Source of the DNA: a virus
Lineage: Duplodnaviria > Caudoviricetes
IMG/VR virus record: IMGVR_UViG_3300027849_000048
Span: 1 to 28,241 of that record
Reading direction: 5' to 3' (one strand)
DNA: 28,241 bases
Shown: in pieces, positions 1 through 6,699 of the stretch
Position numbering within the stretch: the first letter of the stretch is position 1
Layout of the letters: each line of letters opens with the position of its first letter
The notes under the pieces: model-generated
Database searches by the model: none
Told to the model about the DNA's origin: nothing
Seen by the model: only the letters and a program-made list of their open reading frames with translations
Made by a program: the position numbers and the translations under genes

Positions 1-2
1 TT

Positions 3-155
3 ACAGGAAAAATGGTAAATATGATTAAAACAGGTATTATTGATCCTTTACTAGTTACCAAAAGCGCTCTTCAGAACGCAGCTTCAGTAGCGACAACTAT
101 ATTATCAACTGATTGTGTAATCAATAATTTAAGAATTGATGAAAGCGATAGGTAG
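3..155 (+). CDS. groEL: Chaperonin GroEL, C-terminal fragment (5' truncated by window edge)
   Basis: Manual translation of frame 3 gives [50 protein letters not shown]. This matches the Cpn60 C-terminal signature GIIDPxxVxxxALxNAxSVAxxxLxT. Not in the ORF track. There is no GGM tail. Confidence 0.93.
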   Translation, partial: TGKMVNMIKTGIIDPLLVTKSALQNAASVATTILSTDCVINNLRIDESDR

Positions 156-399
156 AAATATAATCATAGAAAAAACAAAAGAAGGTACAACCACTACAAA
201 GGGTGGTTTACTTCTTGCAGAGAACCAACGTGAAGATATTCGTTATGTAGAAGCCACTGTATTATCAGTGGGTGAGCAAGTCGAAGGGTTGAAAGAAAAA
301 GATAGTATATTCTTTGACCGTCACGCAGGGCATAAAATAGAAATAGACAAACAAACATATCATGTGATTAAAAATCAGGATGTAGTTGTTGTTTTATGA
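139..399 (+). CDS. groES: Co-chaperonin GroES (Cpn10)
   Basis: [11 protein letters not shown]...TTTKGGLLL (mobile loop)...[21 protein letters not shown]...[20 protein letters not shown] follows the Cpn10 pattern. ATG at 139 (TTG at 136) overlaps the groEL end. Confidence 0.9.
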   Translation: MKAIGRNIIIEKTKEGTTTTKGGLLLAENQREDIRYVEATVLSVGEQVEGLKEKDSIFFDRHAGHKIEIDKQTYHVIKNQDVVVVL

Positions 400-842
400 A
401 AAGGCTAGACGCAGACGATCTTAAAACGATGAATCTGTTTAAACATTATCGTATAATACGTAAATGGGCTTGCAGAAACAACAACCTTAACGATGCTGAT
501 CTAGAGCTTTTAATTTATCTAGATTGCATGGATATGTTTACAAAAAAAGATTTCGAAGCTGGTAGTTATTCCTATAGTTGGGATAACCGCCGCTGGAATC
601 GGTTACTTAAAGAAGGTTGGATAGTTGTATGGAGACATAGAAATAGAACAACTCAGAAGTATCATATATATAAAACTTCTTTTAAATGCAAGCATCTTAT
701 TAAGCATATGTATAGAATTATACTAGGCAAAGATGATTTACCTGTGAGTAACCACAGAAACAGTATAATGAAGGGTAAGACGTATACAGACAAGGTTCTT
801 ATAACTTCTATTAAAAATGTAAACAAAGATAAAGACAGATAA
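396..842 (+). CDS. Putative winged-helix (MarR-like) DNA-binding protein
   Basis: LNDADLELLIYL...FTKKDF...RWNRLLKEGWIVVW...YHIYKTSFKCKHLI resembles the wHTH helix/wing layout. The protein is basic and has an ATGA overlap with groES. Confidence 0.5.
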   Translation: MKRLDADDLKTMNLFKHYRIIRKWACRNNNLNDADLELLIYLDCMDMFTKKDFEAGSYSYSWDNRRWNRLLKEGWIVVWRHRNRTTQKYHIYKTSFKCKHLIKHMYRIILGKDDLPVSNHRNSIMKGKTYTDKVLITSIKNVNKDKDR

Positions 843-843
843 T

Positions 844-1116
844 ATGTATTCACCAAACAAACAAGTAGGAGCGATTGATACGCTGACTGGATTACCAGCT
901 CAACAAATGACAAACGTACCACCTGCTCCATCAAACACCCTAGGACAAGCGCAACCTGTTTTTAATCAGCAAACGCAACAAAATGCTCAAGGAATTTTTG
1001 GTAATCAACAAGCGCTCCAGAACTCTGTAGGAGCAACTCCTATGTTTAAACTAGATCCTATGCATGATGGAAAACCTGGTGTACAAAAAGAGGACTTTGA
1101 ACAATTTAAAAAATAA
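844..1116 (+). CDS. Small Gln/Pro-rich hypothetical protein
   Basis: 90 aa, tightly packed in the operon, low complexity. Begins MYSPNK and contains TPMFK. Confidence 0.7.
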   Translation: MYSPNKQVGAIDTLTGLPAQQMTNVPPAPSNTLGQAQPVFNQQTQQNAQGIFGNQQALQNSVGATPMFKLDPMHDGKPGVQKEDFEQFKK

Positions 1117-1119
1117 ATT

Positions 1120-1317
1120 ATGAAAAATATTAAAAATTTAAAAGCAGATCTATCAGGTCAAGTAGGTGAAAATGCTGTATGGGATGGACCGTTAAGTAAA
1201 GAGGGTTTTCCAATGGGTGTAGGATCAAGTTCAGGTATTACAGGTATGCAAGTGTCTAAATACCCAACTCCATACAAAGCAGGACCAATTACTCAATTAG
1301 CAAAAGCTTACAAATAA
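1120..1317 (+). CDS. Small hypothetical protein
   Basis: 65 aa with an A/T-rich leader; its stop overlaps the next start (TAATG). Confidence 0.7.
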   Translation: MKNIKNLKADLSGQVGENAVWDGPLSKEGFPMGVGSSSGITGMQVSKYPTPYKAGPITQLAKAYK

Positions 1318-1520
1318 TGAACTCTCCATTTTATAAAACAGGTGGATTTCCTGAAATTAAAGAAGAGAACAAAGGTAAGTTTACAGCCTGGGCTAAAAAG
1401 AACGGTTTTGAAGACGCTTGTTCAGCTGCTTCAAGCGTAATGTCAAAGAAAGATAAATATAGCGAAGAAGTTGTTAAGATGGCTAATTATGCCAACAACT
1501 TTGGATGCTCTAACAAATAA
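1317..1520 (+). CDS. Small basic helical hypothetical protein (KGKFTAWAKK...KMANYANNF)
   Basis: 67 aa, translationally coupled to the upstream ORF. Begins MNSPFYK. Confidence 0.75.
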   Translation: MNSPFYKTGGFPEIKEENKGKFTAWAKKNGFEDACSAASSVMSKKDKYSEEVVKMANYANNFGCSNK

Positions 1521-1525
1521 ACAAT

Positions 1526-2014
1526 ATGAGTTCACCATTTCAAAAAAACTTTTCAGCTAAAAGTCCTATGTCACCCTTAAATGGAGCTTACGCTTCTGGA
1601 GCAGACGGTATGGTTACAGTCTCTGACGCACCTCATTATGCAAAACTTCAAAACGACATATTAGGAGCTACGCTAGCTTCTTTGCCTACGCAAGAAGAAA
1701 AAGGTGAAGCGCAAGTGAGAAGAGCTGACAGAAGAGATGCAAGAGAGTTAGCGGGAGGAAGTAAAGTTAAAAAATTCTTAGATAAAAATAAATTAGGCTT
1801 TTTAACTGCAGACTACAAAAAAGATTCTAATAAGGATGGTACAACAGATTACAAAGATAAAACAGCAAAAATAAAAGCTAAAGGTGAGAAAAACATTACT
1901 GAAGGTTCAACTAAATCAGAGGAAACGTTTAATAGAAAACAAACTAGTATTTGTTCTCAAAAAAAAGGATACAAAGGTTGGGATCCAGTAAGCGGAACTT
2001 GCATACCTGAATAA
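1526..2014 (+). CDS. Lys-rich hypothetical protein with EF-hand-like loop and C-terminal Cys pair
   Basis: 162 aa. N-terminus is MSSPFQK..KSPMSPLN; also contains DSNKDGTTDYKD and CSQKKGYKGWDPVSGTC. Confidence 0.75.
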   Translation: MSSPFQKNFSAKSPMSPLNGAYASGADGMVTVSDAPHYAKLQNDILGATLASLPTQEEKGEAQVRRADRRDARELAGGSKVKKFLDKNKLGFLTADYKKDSNKDGTTDYKDKTAKIKAKGEKNITEGSTKSEETFNRKQTSICSQKKGYKGWDPVSGTCIPE

Positions 2015-2024
2015 ATAAATAACT

Positions 2025-2252
2025 ATGGGACATAAAGGACATTACGGAGAATACAGCGGAAACGCAAAATGGTCAAAAGTAACCTCATCTAATATGGGAG
2101 CTACTAAACGAGATGACGAAGCACATATGCAATATCTTAAAGAAGATGTTGATTATGATAACAAGCACGGTCATAGCGATGAGAGTATGACAGCTGACGA
2201 GAAGCATATCTCTAAATTAGCTGGTGATTTAAAATACGACGAAAAAAAATAA
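2025..2252 (+). CDS. Small Asp/His-rich protein with internal duplication
   Basis: 75 aa with two copies of DExHxxxLxxDxxYDxK. Confidence 0.75.
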   Translation: MGHKGHYGEYSGNAKWSKVTSSNMGATKRDDEAHMQYLKEDVDYDNKHGHSDESMTADEKHISKLAGDLKYDEKK

Positions 2253-2281
2253 AACAGAGAGGACTGTACAAACCTCAGCCA

Positions 2282-2315
2282 AACACTAACACTAACACTA
2301 ACACTAACACTAACA
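2282..2315 (+). repeat. Hexamer tandem repeat (AACACT)x5 + AACA
   Basis: Read directly from the sequence; it ends 3 nt before the ATG at 2319. Confidence 0.95.
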
Positions 2316-2318
2316 AAA

Positions 2319-2699
2319 ATGGCACAATTTTTAAAAGTAGTCTGCTCAACAGCAGGCCAAGAACAAGTATTAATTCCAATCGACCAAATTCAAAGCGTTG
2401 TTGAAGGAACAATCGGTGCAGCAAACACACCTGTAGTAATTAACTTAAGACCTTCAGGAGCTCAAGCTACTGCACTTTACACAATTACAGGATTAAACTC
2501 AGCTGATGGAGCTGGAGCATTTGCTAAGGTAGTAAATGACGCTATAATTGCAAACCCAGGAGGGGTTGTATCTACGGTAGGATATCCTTTAACAACTGCA
2601 CAAGTACCAGCTGCTCAAACAGGATTACAAGGACGTCAACCAATTACGGTTCAAGCGGCTTACACTCCGTTTGCAACTTGCGTTTTTTCAACAACGTAA
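2319..2699 (+). CDS. Hypothetical protein, possibly virion structural
   Basis: 126 aa, Ala/Gly/Thr/Val-rich, with beta-type composition and a strong preference for T/A-ending codons like the capsid gene. Confidence 0.7.
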   Translation: MAQFLKVVCSTAGQEQVLIPIDQIQSVVEGTIGAANTPVVINLRPSGAQATALYTITGLNSADGAGAFAKVVNDAIIANPGGVVSTVGYPLTTAQVPAAQTGLQGRQPITVQAAYTPFATCVFSTT

Positions 2700-2702
2700 T
2701 TT

Positions 2703-2855
2703 ATGAAATCACAAGGTTTAGGAGACAGCATAGAGAAGTTTACTAAAGCTAGTGGTATCAAAACAATGGTAGACACAGTTAGCAAGGGATTAAACGTCCC
2801 TTGCGGTTGTGCTGCTAGAAAAGGAGCATTAAATAAAATATTTCCTTACAAATAA
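2703..2855 (+). CDS. Small 50-aa protein with CGC motif (below ORF-track cutoff)
   Basis: Manual translation gives MKSQGLGDSIEKFTKASGIKTMVDTVSKGLNVPCGCAARKGALNKIFPYK*. It fills the gap between 2699 and 2862 almost exactly. Confidence 0.8.
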   Translation: MKSQGLGDSIEKFTKASGIKTMVDTVSKGLNVPCGCAARKGALNKIFPYK

Positions 2856-2861
2856 TAACAA

Positions 2862-3170
2862 ATGGCTTTCAAACTTCAAAACCCTCCATACAATTGCGAT
2901 AACACACCAATATATCGCGTGGACATGGAAGACGGCGTAATGGGTAAAGCTAATAATAATGGCACTATAATCATTAATAAAGATTTAGATCCAAGCCAGA
3001 TAGACGACGTAGTATCTCACGAGAAAGTTCATTTAGATCAAATGAAACGTGGTGATTTAGATTACGACGATAATTACGTATACTGGAAAGGTAAAAAATA
3101 TTCAAGAGCTGATATGGAAGAAGGGGCAAAAAATTTACCCTGGGAAGCTGAAGCTTATAAAAACGCATAA
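2862..3170 (+). CDS. Minimal zincin-like metallopeptidase (HExxH)
   Basis: GVMGKANNNGTIIINKDL (strands)...VVSHEKVHLDQ (HExxH helix)...PWEAEAY (candidate third-ligand Glu helix). Confidence 0.7.
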   Translation: MAFKLQNPPYNCDNTPIYRVDMEDGVMGKANNNGTIIINKDLDPSQIDDVVSHEKVHLDQMKRGDLDYDDNYVYWKGKKYSRADMEEGAKNLPWEAEAYKNA

Positions 3171-3176
3171 AAAACA

Positions 3177-3959
3177 ATGAAACAACCGAAAAAAAAATAC
3201 TCATTTACCACTAAAGGAATATCTGGAGATGTTGCTGGAGATTTTGCTAAAAAAACCGGTGAAACGGTTGAAAACCTACCTCAATTTAATTTTAGAGGTA
3301 AAGACGCTTTCAAAGGCTCTTTATCAAAAGGTCCAAATGCAACACCACAGGCTTCTTTTACAAAAGGAGAAGATAAAAAACTTCCTTATTTAAGTTCTAG
3401 ATTTAAGACAGATGTCAATAGAACAAATATGATGAAAACAACCGGTGGTGCGGATGATAGATCTCAAACATATACAGGTCGAGGAGTAAATGGTATTGGC
3501 TCCAACAGTAATGCAAGGACTAAAAGTGAAGATAATCTGAACCGCGAAGTTTCACAAGTTAAACAGTCAATTCAAGGGAACAAAGCATATCTTTCAGAAC
3601 AAGAAAAAGCTGCTAAAGCATCATCTAGTATAGGAAAAAATTTGCAAACAGCTATGTCTTCGGGTGATGAAAAAGGTTTTAGCAAAGCAGTGTACAAAGC
3701 TCAAGATGATACAAGACAAAGCAAAGCTCAACTCTTAAAAAGACCACCTGGTAAAGATAAAAAAGGTAACTACATAGAAAACGATGCTTCTTATCAAAAT
3801 GCAAAAATGATAGATTCATTTAATACAGCTAGGCAAGACGCTGTAGGAGCTCAAGATTTTGCAGATTTTAGTAGAGGACTAAAAGGTAGATTAAAAACTT
3901 TAAAAGCAGATCTATCTAATGGATTTAAAACAACATTTGACGAACGATCTGGTAGTTAA
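3177..3959 (+). CDS. Basic, low-complexity hypothetical protein
   Basis: 260 aa, rich in K/G/S/N, with few hydrophobic clusters; probably largely disordered. Confidence 0.75.
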   Translation: MKQPKKKYSFTTKGISGDVAGDFAKKTGETVENLPQFNFRGKDAFKGSLSKGPNATPQASFTKGEDKKLPYLSSRFKTDVNRTNMMKTTGGADDRSQTYTGRGVNGIGSNSNARTKSEDNLNREVSQVKQSIQGNKAYLSEQEKAAKASSSIGKNLQTAMSSGDEKGFSKAVYKAQDDTRQSKAQLLKRPPGKDKKGNYIENDASYQNAKMIDSFNTARQDAVGAQDFADFSRGLKGRLKTLKADLSNGFKTTFDERSGS

Positions 3960-3973
3960 AACTTAAGTAATTT

Positions 3974-4010
3974 GTGTAATAATATTAATATAACAATTAA
4001 ATTTAATATT
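3974..4010 (+). promoter_or_regulatory. Putative phage promoter/leader motif, copy 1
   Basis: GTGTAATAATATTAATATAACAATTAAATT is nearly identical to the intergenic sequence at 5569-5600. Confidence 0.55.
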
Positions 4011-4352
4011 ATGAAAAAATTATTTATAACACTATCTATTTTATTTACTACATTAACAACTCAAGCTCAGAAACAATTTGAAGGAGAGTGGGTTAGTAAA
4101 ACTTCTTCACACGTAACTACTATAATCGCTAGTGATTATGCTGTTTTAAAAGTTTTTAACTTTAGCTTTAAAGAAGATAGTTATATTGAAGAAAAAATAC
4201 TTGTACAAACTGATTATGAGTTTACAACTAGATTGTATAATTCTAGAAATGGTTACACAGCCATTGTTAAGTATAAAATGAAAGGTGATATTTTAATATG
4301 TGAATTCAGCGGTGACTTTCATGGCATTGTTGAGCTTACAAAAAAAGAGTAA
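4011..4352 (+). CDS. Secreted protein with Sec signal peptide, possibly lipocalin-like beta-barrel
   Basis: The better start is the ATG at 4011, giving MKKLFITLSILFTTLTTQA|QKQFEGEWVS. This has a basic N-region, hydrophobic core, SPase I site, Gln at +1 and a GxW motif. Confidence 0.7.
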   Translation: MKKLFITLSILFTTLTTQAQKQFEGEWVSKTSSHVTTIIASDYAVLKVFNFSFKEDSYIEEKILVQTDYEFTTRLYNSRNGYTAIVKYKMKGDILICEFSGDFHGIVELTKKE

Positions 4353-4355
4353 AAT

Positions 4356-4754
4356 TTGAAAAAAATTTGGGAATGGTTAAGCGGTAACGTTATCAAAGAT
4401 GTTGGTGACGTTATCGATAAACTAACAACTACAGAAGAGGAGAAGCTTCAGATCAAGAAGGAGATCCAAGTAATAGTTGAGAATGCCTCTGCAAAAGCAG
4501 AAGACCAAATAAGTAAACGCTGGGAATCTGATATGACATCTGATTCTTGGCTTAGTAAAAACACGCGTCCTATGGCGCTTATATTTTTGTCGTTTATGGC
4601 CGTAGCCTTTATATGGGTTGATAGTCATCACGAAATATCCTTTACTGTAGAACAGGAGTGGATAGAATTATTAAAACAACTATTAACAACCGTATACGTA
4701 GCTTATTTTGGCTCACGTGGTTTTGAGAAATATAAATCAATAAGTAATAAATAA
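4356..4754 (+). CDS. Holin, 3TM (GTA holin-like family)
   Basis: Amphipathic N-terminus, RWxSDMxSDSWLSKNxRP, two hydrophobic segments and a C-terminal YFGSRGxEK, which is typical of this holin family. TTG start. Confidence 0.75.
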   Translation: MKKIWEWLSGNVIKDVGDVIDKLTTTEEEKLQIKKEIQVIVENASAKAEDQISKRWESDMTSDSWLSKNTRPMALIFLSFMAVAFIWVDSHHEISFTVEQEWIELLKQLLTTVYVAYFGSRGFEKYKSISNK

Positions 4755-4759
4755 AAAAA

Positions 4760-5560
4760 ATGGCACAATATCCAATAACAGCCGGAGTGTTCGGTAAAGC
4801 TTTAGCAGTAACAGGAAAAGCTGGTATAGAATCCCCATCACGGTGGGAGTTTTTGAATCAATCAGGAATAACAGGGACTAACTTAAATGGTTCTCAAATA
4901 TACGTAGGAAGTGGAGGATCAGTTGCTGTTATACTAGCCGATACAATTGGTGCTCAAGATACAGTGACCGGTTTGAGCTTAGATCCGATAACCGCAGGAA
5001 AAGATTATTTTACTAATTTTGGAGTAGCTACAACTGTAACAAGTTTAGTACACAAGTCGCCAGCTAATCAACCATCTGGGTTGACGGTTGACATTACTGC
5101 GGAACTAGTAACTAACATAGACACACCAGGAACAGGTTATACTACTGGAAGTTATTCAGACATCGGGACGGGTTTGGTGGCAAATGTAATAGTTGTTGGA
5201 GCCACAGGCGCTATAGGTTCCGTGACTGTAACAGATTTTGGAGATGCTCAGATTGGAGATACTTTTGATCCTACTACTTTGGGAGGAACTGGCGGTTTGT
5301 TTAGACTTACTAGTTTTGGAGGAGTCACTAAAGCAGTTGTTGCTAATGCTGGTACAAACTACTCTGTAGGAGACATTATTACAATAGTTCAAGCAGGTAC
5401 TACTTCTGATGCAACGTACTCTGTTGCATCGACAGGAAGTTTACTTCCGACTGCAATAGATCAAGTTGTCTTTGAGGTATTAGCTGGAGCTATATTACCA
5501 GTAGCCGTAGATTATGTATTAAACACTGGAACCGCATCCAACTTAATAGCGTTAAGATAA
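4760..5560 (+). CDS. Probable virion structural/decoration protein with Gly/Thr-rich insertion
   Basis: IYVGSGGSVAV near the N-terminus and FEVLAGAILPVAVDYVLNTGTASNLIAL at the C-terminus flank a G/T/V-rich region with GxxY repeats. Confidence 0.6.
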   Translation: MAQYPITAGVFGKALAVTGKAGIESPSRWEFLNQSGITGTNLNGSQIYVGSGGSVAVILADTIGAQDTVTGLSLDPITAGKDYFTNFGVATTVTSLVHKSPANQPSGLTVDITAELVTNIDTPGTGYTTGSYSDIGTGLVANVIVVGATGAIGSVTVTDFGDAQIGDTFDPTTLGGTGGLFRLTSFGGVTKAVVANAGTNYSVGDIITIVQAGTTSDATYSVASTGSLLPTAIDQVVFEVLAGAILPVAVDYVLNTGTASNLIALR

Positions 5561-5562
5561 AT

Positions 5563-5609
5563 AAAAACGTGTAACTATATTATTATAAACAATTAAATTA
5601 AATTAAATT
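5563..5609 (+). promoter_or_regulatory. Putative phage promoter/leader motif, copy 2
   Basis: AAAAACGTGTAACTATATTATTATAAACAATTAAATT, followed by AAATT repeats up to the ATG at 5610. Confidence 0.55.
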
Positions 5610-5867
5610 ATGGCAAAAGCTAAAAAAATTACAAAAGATCAGTTAGAAACTGTAACAAAAAATCAAGATCAATTAACCAACATGGTTAATCAAATTGGGG
5701 TTTTAGAAACTCAAAAACATTCGTTACTACATCAAATAGGTGAGCTTAACAAAACTGTTGAGGATTATAAAGCTGAACTTGAAAAAGAATACGGACCAGT
5801 GTCTATTGATTTGAAGACAGGTGTATATACTGACATTAAAGACGAAGTTCTTAAAGTAGCTGAGTAA
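5610..5867 (+). CDS. Small coiled-coil hypothetical protein
   Basis: Heptad pattern over residues ~10-60, followed by EKEYGPVSIDLKTG. Confidence 0.8.
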   Translation: MAKAKKITKDQLETVTKNQDQLTNMVNQIGVLETQKHSLLHQIGELNKTVEDYKAELEKEYGPVSIDLKTGVYTDIKDEVLKVAE

Positions 5868-6094
5868 TGTCTTCAATTGTAAGAAAAATAAGTATTGGTT
5901 CAGATTACAAGAATGATGCTATGCATTACTCTGTAGGTCAACAAGTGTACGGAGGTCATGAGATCTCACATATACTTCTAGACGAATCTGATAGTTCTTA
6001 CAATATTCACATTAAAAAAAACAACGAGGTAATGCCATGGAAGAAATTTAATTCTCACATGGCAATATCCGTTGAATATGATTTAGAATATTGA
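5867..6094 (+). CDS. Small hypothetical protein (beta-rich)
   Basis: 75 aa, translationally coupled on both sides. Confidence 0.8.
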   Translation: MSSIVRKISIGSDYKNDAMHYSVGQQVYGGHEISHILLDESDSSYNIHIKKNNEVMPWKKFNSHMAISVEYDLEY

Positions 6095-6699
6095 TGAGAA
6101 GCCTTTACGATTTTATTGTTGAGCCGTTGGGTGATAAATACAGTAATAAAGTCAAGGTTGGAGATAAAGAGTTAATAGTAAATACAAAGATAGAGGATTT
6201 TAAATTTGTAAATAGATTAGCTAGAGTTTTAGAAACACCCAAGGCATTTAATACGGGTATTGAAATAGGTGATATAATTGTTATACACCAAAACGTGTTT
6301 AGAGTATTCTATGACATGAAAGGAGAAAAAAAGAAAAGTAGATCTTGGTTCAAAAACGATTTACATTTCTGTGCAGTAGATCAAATCTACTTATATAATA
6401 AAGGTGGTGATTGGAAAGCTTTTGGAAACAGATGCTTTGTTTCACCTATAAAAGACAATCAGTCTTTAACGCTAGATAAAGAGCAAAGCCTTATTGGTAT
6501 ATTAAAATATGGCAATAGCTCCTTAAAAGCACTTGATATTAACCCAGGAGACTTAGTAGGCTATACGCCCAACGGTGAATGGGAATTTTTAGTTGATGGC
6601 AAGCGTTTATATTGTATGAAATCTAATGATATTGTAATTAAATATGAATACCAAGGAGACGAAGTTGAATATAATCCAAGCTGGGCAAGTCGCAGTTGA
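6094..6699 (+). CDS. Tandem GroES-like (double Cpn10-fold) protein
   Basis: Unit 1: SLYDFIVEP...ELIVN...ARVLETP...IEIGDIIVIH. Unit 2: AFGNRCFVSP...GILKYG...INPGDLVGY...EFLVDGKRLYCMKSNDIV. ATG at 6094 (TTG at 6091). Confidence 0.65.
   Translation: MRSLYDFIVEPLGDKYSNKVKVGDKELIVNTKIEDFKFVNRLARVLETPKAFNTGIEIGDIIVIHQNVFRVFYDMKGEKKKSRSWFKNDLHFCAVDQIYLYNKGGDWKAFGNRCFVSPIKDNQSLTLDKEQSLIGILKYGNSSLKALDINPGDLVGYTPNGEWEFLVDGKRLYCMKSNDIVIKYEYQGDEVEYNPSWASRS

Noticed and set aside
1811-1861. DYKKD/DYKDK resembling a FLAG tag
   Set aside because: It is not the DYKDDDDK sequence and there is no vector context; coincidental in a K/D-rich protein.
2282-2315. Possible CRISPR array
   Set aside because: These are contiguous 6-nt units without spacers, and there are no cas genes.
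3972-4010. TTG start at 3972 given by the ORF track
   Set aside because: The extension CNNINITIKFNI is simply the translated AT-rich regulatory motif. The ATG at 4011 gives a clean signal peptide.
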